Positions 1-8,758 of a stretch of 64,000 bases of DNA are shown here, one piece after another. A model generated the notes under the pieces. It was not told the origin of the DNA and did no database searches. It saw only the letters and a program-made list of their open reading frames with translations. Numbering within the stretch: the first letter of the stretch is position 1; each line of letters opens with the position of its first letter. This DNA is from an uncultured Collinsella sp. (GTDB lineage Bacteria; Actinomycetota; Coriobacteriia; Coriobacteriales; Coriobacteriaceae). Location of the stretch: positions 609-64,608 of the forward strand of contig CABUUG010000001.1 in assembly GCA_902494605.1 (NCBI GenBank). The letters are read 5' to 3'. The translations under genes were made by a program, and so were the position numbers.

Positions 1-42
1 AGACAAGGACCCCTCAAAATATAGTGGGTAATTGTTAGGTAC

Positions 43-297
43 CTAATAGCCTACATTTTCCCATTGGTTGCTAACCCAACCTTGATTAATCTTAGGATTT
101 TTCGTTACCTGAGCAGTGCGCATGGCAACATCTTCTGTCATAACATCCATTTTCTTCTTGGACGTATCAACGATATCTTGTGCGCCACGAAGCAAACGAC
201 CTCGAAGCTCATCGTCTGTCGCAATCTTATAGCCAGCAAAGGCACCAGCCGCGACAGTCGTCACCAATGCAATCGCAGTAAAAATCTTATTCCTCAT
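43..297 (-). CDS. Small hypothetical protein with N-terminal hydrophobic helix
   Basis: ORF MRNKIFTAIALVTTVAAGAFAGYK with GGAGG upstream; overlaps the parB stop; start chosen at the second Met. Confidence 0.65.
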   Translation of the reverse strand: MRNKIFTAIALVTTVAAGAFAGYKIATDDELRGRLLRGAQDIVDTSKKKMDVMTEDVAMRTAQVTKNPKINQGWVSNQWENVGY

Positions 298-1192
298 CTT
301 GGCCTCCTTGATCAAACTGAATCATTTCACCAAGAATACGAGAGAGCTCTTCCTCGTCTTTAAACTCAATCTCAATCTTATTCTTTCCACGCGAGCTCTT
401 CACACGCACGTTTGTATTAAATACCTGACGAAGCACACGGGCAGCCTTTTTAAAAGACTGAGGCGTTGCAGGCCTCGGCGTCTTAGGTGTCTCTCCGGCA
501 GAAAACAACGGAGCAAGATTTTCTGTCGCTCTTACGGAAAGACCCTCCGCAACAACTTTCTCTGCAAGTCGAATACGTGCGTCCTCATAGGGAACTGCAA
601 GAATCGCACGTGCATGACCAGCAGTAAGTTTGCCCTCAAAAATCATCTGCTGAACTATTTCGGGGAGATCGAGAAGACGCAGTGAGTTTGTAATTGCAGA
701 GCGTGACTTGCTTACTGCTTTCGACAATGCCTCCTGGGTCATACCGCTGGCATCGATGAGCTGTCGATAGCCCTTAGCCTCTTCGACGGGATTCAGATCG
801 GAACGCTGAAGATTTTCGATAAGCGCAAGAGCCAGCATCTCTTCATCATTAACATCTTTAATGATGACAGGCAGTTCCTCAAGCCCAGCAAGCTTTGATG
901 CCTGGTACCGACGCTCACCAGCGATGATTTCGTAGCCGTTTCCATGCTTGCGAACCAAAAGCGGCTGCAAAACACCATGTTCTTGAATTGACTCGCTCAA
1001 CTCACGAAGTTCGGTTTCGTTAAAGTGAATTCGCGGCTGATTAGGGTTGGGAACGATATCCTCAATAGGTAGTTTTGTTTCAGATGCGGCATTTGAAGCC
1101 GATGCGGCTGAACCACCTGTCTCATATTCGGCCTCTGAGACCAAAGCATTGAGTCCACGTCCCAATCCGCCGCGTTTCTTTGCACTAGGCAC
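287..1192 (-). CDS. parB: ParB/Spo0J chromosome partitioning protein
   Basis: GLGRGLNAL N-terminal motif, PNPNQPR, IIAGERRYQA, ENLQR, HTH; downstream of parA. Confidence 0.97.
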   Translation of the reverse strand: MPSAKKRGGLGRGLNALVSEAEYETGGSAASASNAASETKLPIEDIVPNPNQPRIHFNETELRELSESIQEHGVLQPLLVRKHGNGYEIIAGERRYQASKLAGLEELPVIIKDVNDEEMLALALIENLQRSDLNPVEEAKGYRQLIDASGMTQEALSKAVSKSRSAITNSLRLLDLPEIVQQMIFEGKLTAGHARAILAVPYEDARIRLAEKVVAEGLSVRATENLAPLFSAGETPKTPRPATPQSFKKAARVLRQVFNTNVRVKSSRGKNKIEIEFKDEEELSRILGEMIQFDQGGQDEE

Positions 1193-1985
1193 GCTTGATC
1201 ACCTCTTTTGCAAGGTTCATATACGCTTTTGCGCCCTTATTTTGAGGTGCATAAGTAATTACCGGTTCTCCAAAAGACGGAGCTTCTGAGATTTTAACCG
1301 TACGGGGAATCAGTGTCTTAAATGCCTTATCACCAAAGTACGATTGAACCTCCTCAACAACCTGATTCGATAGAGAAGTACGCGAGTCATACATGGTCAT
1401 AAGCACACCATAGGTGTCTAAGCCCTTGTTCAGACGTGATTTAACCATCTTCATAGACTCAAGCAGCTTCGTAACGCCCTCAAGTGCATAATACTCGCAC
1501 TGGATCGGAATCAATACGCTGTCTGCTGCAGTCAAGGCGTTAATAGTAAGCAGGCCGAGCGAAGGAGGACAGTCAATGAAAATAAAATCGAACTCATCCT
1601 GAATCGGCTCAAGTAAATCTTTGAGGCGGGTTTCACGAGCAATTGCACTTACAAGCTCAATTTCGGCGCCTGCAAGCTGAATTGTAGCCGGAATTACGAA
1701 TACCTTTTTGCAATTGGTATCAAGAACAAGCGATTCTGCCGGCACATCATTCAACAATGCATCATAGATGCAGTGATCAAGGTCTTCTTTTTCAATTCCA
1801 AATCCACTGGTGCTGTTTCCCTGTGGATCAAAATCGACAATCAGTGTCTTACGACCCTGCTCACCAAGTGCTGCTGCAAGATTTACAGCTGTCGTTGACT
1901 TACCGACGCCGCCTTTTTGATTGATGATTGCAATGATACGCGTGTCTTTTGCGCTCTTAGAACGCTTAACGTCGCGAAATCCCAC
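1185..1985 (-). CDS. parA: ParA/Soj partitioning ATPase
   Basis: Deviant Walker A NQKGGVGKST, DFDPQGN, DCPPSLG, EAPSFG. Confidence 0.97.
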   Translation of the reverse strand: MGFRDVKRSKSAKDTRIIAIINQKGGVGKSTTAVNLAAALGEQGRKTLIVDFDPQGNSTSGFGIEKEDLDHCIYDALLNDVPAESLVLDTNCKKVFVIPATIQLAGAEIELVSAIARETRLKDLLEPIQDEFDFIFIDCPPSLGLLTINALTAADSVLIPIQCEYYALEGVTKLLESMKMVKSRLNKGLDTYGVLMTMYDSRTSLSNQVVEEVQSYFGDKAFKTLIPRTVKISEAPSFGEPVITYAPQNKGAKAYMNLAKEVIKRA

Positions 1986-2024
1986 GGTCCCTCCTGGTGT
2001 GTATTAAAGCTGTCAAACGGAGGA

Positions 2025-2118
2025 TGTTTCACGTGAAACATTCCGAATCGATATCAACCGCCATGTTTCACGTGAAACACTGCAAGTTGTTAGTATCCAT
2101 TATGTTTCACGTGAAACA
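2025..2118. promoter_or_regulatory. Three perfect parS sites (TGTTTCACGTGAAACA) at 2025-2040, 2064-2079 and 2103-2118
   Basis: Exact match to the established 16-bp parS palindrome, directly upstream of parA. Confidence 0.95.
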
Positions 2119-2119
2119 T

Positions 2120-2857
2120 CTAGGCAAGCGGATTCTTCTTTGCCATGCCATTTGCACGAGGTAATGAAACAGATGCTGGATGACTCTTCTTAAGAACAAT
2201 GAACTCCCTGTGGCCCAAGCCCTCAGGCAAATCGATTGCGTCATTCAGAAGCGAAGTGAAGCCGCAAATCTTAGCTGCTGACATGCCGGAAGCAAGCTCC
2301 TCATCCGAAGGATTGCCCTTGGTTATAACAAATAGCCCTCCATCCTTCAGATACGGAGCCGCATACTCAACAAGAATCGGTAGAGGGGCCAGTGCGCGGG
2401 CGGTTACAACAGAGAACTGCTTCTTATGGCTTCGAGCATATTCTTCAAGACGATCATGAACCGCATGAGCATGTTTCAATCCAAGAGCATGGACAAAGGA
2501 ATTAACCGCATCAACCTTCTTGCCAACAGAGTCAATATAAGTAGCTTTACGATGCGTGGTTATGGTTAATGGAATACCAGGGAAGCCCGCACCTGTTCCC
2601 ATATCGAGCAAAGCTCCCTCAGGAGCCTTGTTGATATAGGGGAGCAAAACAAGTGAGTCGAGGATATGGAGTACTGCAGCATCTTCTACGTTAAGAATAC
2701 GGGTGAGATTGGTTGTCTTATTTGTTTCTAGAACCAAATCCAAATGCTGAATACATTTCCTCAGCTCAACATCAGTTACGCTCAAGGAATACTCTTTGCA
2801 ATAGGAAGTTAGACGACTCAACATCTCGTCAGCCTGCTGATCAGTAAGTACTAACAA
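2120..2857 (-). CDS. rsmG: 16S rRNA m7G527 methyltransferase RsmG (GidB)
   Basis: NLT..HILDSL, DMGTGAGFPGIPL, TARA motifs; TTG start inferred from AAGGAG RBS; canonical position. Confidence 0.93.
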   Translation of the reverse strand: MLVLTDQQADEMLSRLTSYCKEYSLSVTDVELRKCIQHLDLVLETNKTTNLTRILNVEDAAVLHILDSLVLLPYINKAPEGALLDMGTGAGFPGIPLTITTHRKATYIDSVGKKVDAVNSFVHALGLKHAHAVHDRLEEYARSHKKQFSVVTARALAPLPILVEYAAPYLKDGGLFVITKGNPSDEELASGMSAAKICGFTSLLNDAIDLPEGLGHREFIVLKKSHPASVSLPRANGMAKKNPLA

Positions 2858-2903
2858 CGAAAGCTCCTTTCTGACAAAAATCAGTGTATCGAGAACTTTT
2901 GAC

Positions 2904-2935
2904 AAAAAAAGGGGACGTGGAAACCACGTCCCCTT
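2904..2935 (-). terminator. Intrinsic terminator after jag
   Basis: GGGGACGTGG-AAA-CCACGTCCCC hairpin with a T-tract on the minus strand. Confidence 0.8.
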
Positions 2936-2953
2936 AGCATAAGCTCGAGAAGA

Positions 2954-3523
2954 TTATCGAGCAACAATCACCACATGGCGATCAGGGTCAGAACCCTCAG
3001 AATGAGTATCGACGGCATCATTGCCACGAAGTGCAATGTGAACCAGTCGACGCTCGTAGGCATTCATGGGCGGAAGCGAAACACTCTTATGAGTGCGGAT
3101 GGCACGCTCGGCAGCAGACTGAGCCATGGAAGCAACCTTGTCCTGACGGCGACTCTTGTATCCCTCTACGTCCACTACAACCGGATACCTAAAGCCAAGT
3201 TTGCGGCTCACCAGCAAAGAGAACATAACCTGAAGGGCATCAAGGGTGCGACCATGACGGCCAATGAGAACAGCAAGGTCGGGAGCCGTTACATCCAAAA
3301 TCAGCTCACCCTCGTCGCCCTCATACTCATCGATAGGAGAGTTGGCGGCATCGAAGTGCGAAAGGATGGAACGCAGGATGGAAATCGCAACATCGGCAAT
3401 GGTGTCGAGCTCCTCATCGGTCAGCTCTTCACCAGCCTTGTAGCGCTGTGCAATCTCGGGATAATCGCCCGCGACCTGCGGGGCAACCTCCTCAAGCATA
3501 TCCTCGATGATCTCTTCAGACAT
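2954..3523 (-). CDS. jag: Jag/KhpB (EloR)-family KH-R3H RNA-binding protein
   Basis: LIGRHGRTLDALQ KH motif; PMNAYERRLVH R3H motif; downstream of yidC. Confidence 0.9.
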   Translation of the reverse strand: MSEEIIEDMLEEVAPQVAGDYPEIAQRYKAGEELTDEELDTIADVAISILRSILSHFDAANSPIDEYEGDEGELILDVTAPDLAVLIGRHGRTLDALQVMFSLLVSRKLGFRYPVVVDVEGYKSRRQDKVASMAQSAAERAIRTHKSVSLPPMNAYERRLVHIALRGNDAVDTHSEGSDPDRHVVIVAR

Positions 3524-3567
3524 AACGTACTCCAAAAGTTAGGTACCTAAATAAGATTGATATCCCG

Positions 3568-4338
3568 TTACTTCTTCTTGTGCGGGCGCGGCTTCTTCTC
3601 TCGACGAGTGACCTCAACCTGCAGCGGAGCGTTCTTAAGACGCTCCTCCTCATCGGCCTTCGCCTTGTCGATGACCTTCTGCGTCACAAAAATCTGCTGG
3701 ATAACCTGCCAAGCAGACGAGACGTCGTAGTACAGCAGAACACCAACGGGAAGGCTCCAGCCCATCCAAAGCATCATGACCGTCATGACAACGGCCATCA
3801 TACGCATGCTCTGAGCCTGCTGGCCGGTCTGGTTGCGCGACATATAGAGCTGCGGAATCAGGGTCAGGACGGCGAACAGGATCAGGCAAACCAGCGCAGG
3901 CAGTGCAACCATAAAGCCATCGGCAAAGGAAGCGCTCGGCGTGGTGGTCAGGTCGGGCAGGATGTTGAAGAACGAGAACGTGCCGTCGTTAAAGTACTGC
4001 GGCAGGTTGCGCAGCAATGTAAACAGGGCGAACAGGATAGGCATCTGAATCAGCAGCGGCAGACAGCCAGCCATGGGGTTGAACTTGTTCTCGCTGTAGA
4101 ACTTCTGCATCTCCTCGGCCTGACGCTGGGGATCGTCGGCATAGCGCTCCTGGATCTCGAGCATCTTGGGCTGCAGCACCTGCATGCGAGCCGTCGACTT
4201 GGTCGACTTGAGCATGAGCGGCGTCAGCAGCAGACGGATGATGACCACCAGGATGATGATGGACAGGCCCCAGTCGACCGCAAAGGTCTGGATGAGCTTG
4301 AGCAGCTCGAAAAGGATGTTAACGATCCAATCCCACAT
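3568..4338 (-). CDS. yidC: Membrane protein insertase YidC
   Basis: WGLSIIILVVIIR, NPMAGCLPLLIQMPI motifs. Confidence 0.95.
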   Translation of the reverse strand: MWDWIVNILFELLKLIQTFAVDWGLSIIILVVIIRLLLTPLMLKSTKSTARMQVLQPKMLEIQERYADDPQRQAEEMQKFYSENKFNPMAGCLPLLIQMPILFALFTLLRNLPQYFNDGTFSFFNILPDLTTTPSASFADGFMVALPALVCLILFAVLTLIPQLYMSRNQTGQQAQSMRMMAVVMTVMMLWMGWSLPVGVLLYYDVSSAWQVIQQIFVTQKVIDKAKADEEERLKNAPLQVEVTRREKKPRPHKKK

Positions 4339-4367
4339 GTAAGTTTTCCTCCGATAGCGAGTGCCCG

Positions 4368-4592
4368 CTAGGGCACAGGGTCATAACCGCCGACGTGCAG
4401 GGGATTGCAGCGAGCGATGCGCCTCACGGCAAGCCAGCAGCCTCTCAAAACACCGTGCTTCTCAATCGCCTGGACGGCGTATTGCGAGCACGTTGGGTAA
4501 TAAATGCAGGCGTCAGGCAATAAGGGCGAAATAACCTGTTGATATATGCGAATAGGAGCGATGGCAACACGTCGCAAAACGTGATTGCTCAT
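4368..4592 (-). CDS. yidD: Membrane protein insertion efficiency factor YidD
   Basis: [28 protein letters not shown]. Confidence 0.95.
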   Translation of the reverse strand: MSNHVLRRVAIAPIRIYQQVISPLLPDACIYYPTCSQYAVQAIEKHGVLRGCWLAVRRIARCNPLHVGGYDPVP

Positions 4593-4927
4593 CGCTCCTC
4601 CCCGGCAACGCCGGCGCGCTTCATAAGCGAACGCAACGCCTTGTCCATCTCCTGCGGCGAGGAAGCCCTCGTCTTGGGAGTTGCAAACAAGATGATGTCA
4701 TAACCCGCAACGGGAAATCCGCAGCTGCGGGCGGCCTCGCGCATCACACGCTTAGATCGGTTGCGCACGACGGCACAACCGAGTCGCTTAGCACCAACGA
4801 AGGCGACCCTTCCGGAGTCGCCTTCGCCAACCGATTCACATATGGTCATTCGAATCAGAGGGTGATTGAAACGACGCCCCTGACTGAACACATGCTCGAA
4901 ATCTTGCCGAGACTTAATAGTCTTCAT
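4589..4927 (-). CDS. rnpA: Ribonuclease P protein component
   Basis: [12 protein letters not shown] motif; lies between rpmH and yidD. Confidence 0.92.
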   Translation of the reverse strand: MKTIKSRQDFEHVFSQGRRFNHPLIRMTICESVGEGDSGRVAFVGAKRLGCAVVRNRSKRVMREAARSCGFPVAGYDIILFATPKTRASSPQEMDKALRSLMKRAGVAGEER

Positions 4928-4947
4928 GCGAGATGTGTGTATCGCTG

Positions 4948-5082
4948 CTAGACAGTGAGACGCTTGCGGCCCTTGGCACGACGACGGGCGAGCACGGCAC
5001 GACCACCCTTAGTGGCCATACGGGCACGGAAGCCATGGGTCTTGGCACGTTTACGCTTATTAGGCTGATACGTACGCTTCAT
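4948..5082 (-). CDS. rpmH: 50S ribosomal protein L34
   Basis: [22 protein letters not shown]. Confidence 0.98.
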   Translation of the reverse strand: MKRTYQPNKRKRAKTHGFRARMATKGGRAVLARRRAKGRKRLTV

Positions 5083-5259
5083 CTTAAGTTCCTCCTGCTG
5101 CATTTCGAGTGTCCGCGGGGACGCGGACGCAGATATAGACACGTGAGCTTGAAGATTGTAGGGAAATCAATGTTCAAATGTCAAGAAATCAAAGGTAAAA
5201 GGTTGCGCAGTTCACACGGTTCCCCCATAAGCCAAGCTCGATTTAGCGGTGCATGGCAA

Positions 5260-5355
5260 CTTTTCACGATATTTCATCGAGTTTTCAACAGGTCATGTTG
5301 GCAATGTTGAGAACTTTTCGTCGGTTTTCCAAAGTTTTCAACAGGTTTTGAAAGT
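5260..5355. promoter_or_regulatory. Upstream cluster of variant DnaA boxes (oriC1-like or promoter region)
   Basis: TTTTCAACA at 5282 and 5335; TGTTGGCAA at 5296; TGTTGAGAA at 5305; TTTTCCAAA at 5325; AT-rich; sits at the strand switch. Confidence 0.6.
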
Positions 5356-5427
5356 TTGTCGAAAGATGAGAAACATTGCACGGTGAGCTACTATTTGTTC
5401 GAAACCTTTTGGAAGATTGCGAGCGGC

Positions 5428-6780
5428 ATGTCTGACGACTTTTACACCATGGTCGATTCCGGAGACCCGGCACCCGACAACGAGCACATCACCGGCATGC
5501 GCGAAGAGCGTGAGGAAGGCGAGCAGACAACCACGCAGGCGCCAAAAGCCATGTACGCCGCGCGCATCGCCGTCTATGACGACATGCTGTCGACACCGCG
5601 TGTGATCGTCATTGATCCGCAAGATGTCCGCACGTATTTGGAAGAGACGACCAACACCGTCTACCAGTGCATGAAAGAACAAGGTGGCCATATCTCGCTC
5701 ATGGTCATCCGCGAGATTGTCGAAAACTTTATCCACGCGCACTTTGCCGAGCCCATCATCTCGATTCTGGACGGCGGAGACACCATCCGCTTTGCTGACC
5801 AAGGACCCGGCATCGACGACAAGGAACGCGCTTTCGACTTTGGCGTTACCAGCGCAAACAGCAAGATGAAGCGCTATATCCGTGGAACCGGAGCAGGGTT
5901 TCCCATGGTGCAGGAGTATTTGGAAAACGCCGGCGGTGCCGTATCCATCGAGGACAACATGGGCAACGGCACCGTGGTTACGGTAAGCCTGAACCCTAAA
6001 CGCGTGCAGGAAATCGAGCGTGCCGGCGGACGCGGCGCTGCCGTGCGGCCCGAGACGGAACAGCCCACATATCCCCTGCCGGGAGCTTTTGCGCAGCAGC
6101 CCATGGCAACGCAGCAGATGCAGCCCCCCGTGGGACAGATGCAGCAGCCCGGAATGCTTCCTACACAAGAGCCCCAGGCGACATCGATGTCGATGCTGCC
6201 AAACATGCCAGAGACCATGCCGCTGGCGGATCAGGATGCAGCAGCAATGCAGCAGGCAACGGGGGCACCGGGCGGCCAGCAAATGGGCTATCAGCCGTAC
6301 CAACAGGGATATCCATATCAGCAGATGTCGCCACTGGGGTATGGCCAGCAGTTCCCGCAGCAGTACCAGCAGGGATATCAGCAGCCGTACCAGCAGATGC
6401 CGCAGCAGCAGTACAACCCTTGGGCCCAGCAGATGCCTCCGCAGCCTTACCAACAGTGGCCTCAAAGTTTTCAACAGCAAATGCCGCCGATGCAGAGTTC
6501 TCAACAACCAGCAGCTCAAATGATGTATCCTAATGCAGCAAATCAGTATGCGCAGCCACAACCGGACGTGTTCGTAAGCGATCGCGGCAACGCCGCGCTA
6601 GGCTATCTGGCGCAAAATCAAGCGTGCGGTGCAACCGATCTGGCGAGGGCGTTTGGAAACTCGGCCCCCACTTGGTCACGCACGCTCAATGACTTGGCGC
6701 AGGCCGGCTTGGTCATCAAGCATGGCCAGAAATACCATCTGACCGAACTCGGCGCCGCTCGCGTGCGAGCTCAGAGCTAA
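5428..6780 (+). CDS. Uncharacterised GHKL (HATPase_c-like) ATP-binding protein with Q/P-rich linker and C-terminal winged-helix-like domain
   Basis: REIVENFIHA, DQGPGI, GTGAGF, GNGTVV boxes; GATDLARAFG..APTWSRTLNDL..GLV..YHLTELG; start codon uncertain. Confidence 0.75.
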   Translation: MSDDFYTMVDSGDPAPDNEHITGMREEREEGEQTTTQAPKAMYAARIAVYDDMLSTPRVIVIDPQDVRTYLEETTNTVYQCMKEQGGHISLMVIREIVENFIHAHFAEPIISILDGGDTIRFADQGPGIDDKERAFDFGVTSANSKMKRYIRGTGAGFPMVQEYLENAGGAVSIEDNMGNGTVVTVSLNPKRVQEIERAGGRGAAVRPETEQPTYPLPGAFAQQPMATQQMQPPVGQMQQPGMLPTQEPQATSMSMLPNMPETMPLADQDAAAMQQATGAPGGQQMGYQPYQQGYPYQQMSPLGYGQQFPQQYQQGYQQPYQQMPQQQYNPWAQQMPPQPYQQWPQSFQQQMPPMQSSQQPAAQMMYPNAANQYAQPQPDVFVSDRGNAALGYLAQNQACGATDLARAFGNSAPTWSRTLNDLAQAGLVIKHGQKYHLTELGAARVRAQS

Positions 6781-6795
6781 AGAACGGGAGAGACA

Positions 6796-8520
6796 GTGGA
6801 CGAGGAAGCAAGCATCATCCTGGGGGATGCCATCGCCTTTTGTCAGCGCGACGGCCAAGATGCACGCCTCATCAACATGCTGGGGCAATCGCGCGCCATA
6901 AGCCTGACCGAAGATACGCTCACGATCGAGGCCCCCTCGCGCTTTGCCATCGCGCAGCTCAAAAAGCATCAGCCGACTATTGAGGCCTATCTGGAAGAAA
7001 TCGCCTTTGCACCGATTGCGCTCGACATCGTGGCACCGCAAGGCGCCGCGACGGAATCCGCTGCCGCGACGGCGGCCGCCGCGGCTCCCGCTGCTTCCCC
7101 GGCGGTGTCGGCCTCCGCAGGCGACGTGCCGACAATCGAGCACCAGCACAGCGATGTTTCCCGTGAAACCATGGCACCGTTGCCGACCGCGGCGGCGACG
7201 CCAGCGAACGCACCCGTCACGCACATGCCAATCGCTCACGACGCAGCGGCGAGCGCGGATTCGGGCATTGCAATCAAGAACACACTCTCGGCCGATGATT
7301 TTCGTCGCATGATGAACCAGATGAAGGGCGGAGCGCCGGCTAAATCCACGCAAGCTGCGGCCCCCGCTTCACCCGTGCCAGCACCGACCGTGCCGGCCGA
7401 GCAGAATACGGATGGAGCCCCGCTCGCCGCGAACTCAAAATTTACCTTTGAGAACTTTGTCTACGGCCCCGAGAACAGCCATGCCTATCGCTCGGCACTC
7501 AAGTTTGCCGCCCTCGCGGACGAGCGCGGCACATGCACATCGCTGTTCATCTACGGCAAATCGGGCCTGGGCAAGACGCACCTACTGCTTGCCATCAAAA
7601 ACGAGCTCGCCGAGAAGTCGCCCGAGATCAAGGTCAAGTATGCCAACTCCCAGGCATATCTGGACGACCTGATGACCGAGTTCGACCGCCAAAAGAAGAG
7701 CAACGCCCCCATCATGCAGGCGTACCACGGCGTGGACGTGCTCATCATCGATGACATCCAAAACATCATCGGCAAGCGCGCGAGCGTGGACTACTTTTTC
7801 CAGCTCATGGACGAGTTCATCCGCAACAACAAGAAGGTCGTCATCGCGGCAGACCGTGCCCCCAAAGACCTGAGCATGGACGAGCGTCTGACCAGCCGCT
7901 TCAACGCCGGCATGCTCTGCCTAGTCGCAGAGCCCAGCTACGAGATGAAATACAAGATCTTGCAGCGCTATTACGAGAACACCATCGTCGCCGCTCCCGA
8001 GGCAGGCGACGACTCGCTGCTGGCGGCCTATGGGGGCGACGGCGGACACCTGACCGACGAGCACTTTAAACACATGGCCGAGGTCTCGGGCACCAACATC
8101 CGCGAACTCGAGAGCTTTTGCGAGCGCTGCGCCGGCGAGGCGGGCGACCGCGAGCGCGAGGGCGGGGAGCTCACCTTTGACGATATCGACGCCATCGCCA
8201 GCCAGTACTTCGACACATCGGCCAAAAAGATCAACGTGCAAACGGTTCAGTCCGTCATTGAAGAGCAGTACGGCGTGACGCACGAGGAGCTCATCGGCCC
8301 GCGACGCAACGCCAATATCGCCAAGGCACGCCACATTGCCATCTATCTGGCCATCGAGATGTGCGAGATGACGACCACGGCGGTGGGCGCCGAATTTGGC
8401 AACCGCAACCACTCGACCGTCAGCACGAGTTACAAAAAGGTTCAGAAGATGATCCAGGAAGACCGCACCGTCACCGAAGATCTCAAATCGTTGCGCGATA
8501 AAATTACACTGCGCTCGTAG
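6796..8520 (+). CDS. dnaA: Chromosomal replication initiator DnaA
   Basis: KFTFENFV, GKSGLGKTHLL, LIIDDIQ, RLTSRF, NIRELE, domain IV; upstream of dnaN. Confidence 0.96.
   Translation: MDEEASIILGDAIAFCQRDGQDARLINMLGQSRAISLTEDTLTIEAPSRFAIAQLKKHQPTIEAYLEEIAFAPIALDIVAPQGAATESAAATAAAAAPAASPAVSASAGDVPTIEHQHSDVSRETMAPLPTAAATPANAPVTHMPIAHDAAASADSGIAIKNTLSADDFRRMMNQMKGGAPAKSTQAAAPASPVPAPTVPAEQNTDGAPLAANSKFTFENFVYGPENSHAYRSALKFAALADERGTCTSLFIYGKSGLGKTHLLLAIKNELAEKSPEIKVKYANSQAYLDDLMTEFDRQKKSNAPIMQAYHGVDVLIIDDIQNIIGKRASVDYFFQLMDEFIRNNKKVVIAADRAPKDLSMDERLTSRFNAGMLCLVAEPSYEMKYKILQRYYENTIVAAPEAGDDSLLAAYGGDGGHLTDEHFKHMAEVSGTNIRELESFCERCAGEAGDREREGGELTFDDIDAIASQYFDTSAKKINVQTVQSVIEEQYGVTHEELIGPRRNANIAKARHIAIYLAIEMCEMTTTAVGAEFGNRNHSTVSTSYKKVQKMIQEDRTVTEDLKSLRDKITLRS
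7155..7170. promoter_or_regulatory. Degenerate parS site inside the dnaA linker (TGTTTCCCGTGAAACC)
   Basis: 14/16 match to the local parS; read in frame as DVSRET. Confidence 0.6.
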
Positions 8521-8758
8521 GGAAATAGAGACACCTGTTGAAAACTTGTCAAAACCACGGGCATAAGGTGTCTAAAACCCAACCCGCGGTGATGAAAAGT
8601 TTTGCGCAGGTTTTGAACGTGGAAAACCACCCCTGTTGCACACAGGTTGCTGTCGATTCTCTTTCTGGGTCTGACCTGCGTCTTTGGGAGTAATCAACAG
8701 TTTCGTCAGTGCTATTACTATTATTAAGATATTTATATCTATAGAAAGGTATTAAAAG
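8521..8758. other. oriC (dnaA-dnaN intergenic region) with variant DnaA boxes, DnaA-trio-like repeats and AT-rich unwinding element
   Basis: TGTTGAAAA 8536, TGATGAAAA 8590, CGTGGAAAA 8618, TAATCAACA 8691; CTATTACTATTATTA 8712-8726 followed by an AT-rich tract. Confidence 0.85.

Noticed and set aside
2025..2118. Mini-CRISPR array (equal repeats with unique 23-bp spacers)
   Set aside because: The repeat is the 16-bp parS consensus next to parAB, too short for CRISPR, and no cas genes are present
5428..6020. Two-component sensor histidine kinase
   Set aside because: No HisKA H-box, sensor or TM region, or response regulator is visible; only the GHKL ATP-binding motifs
5338..6561. 407-aa Leu/Arg/His-rich minus-strand ORF
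   Set aside because: Antisense reading of the CAG-rich low-complexity tract
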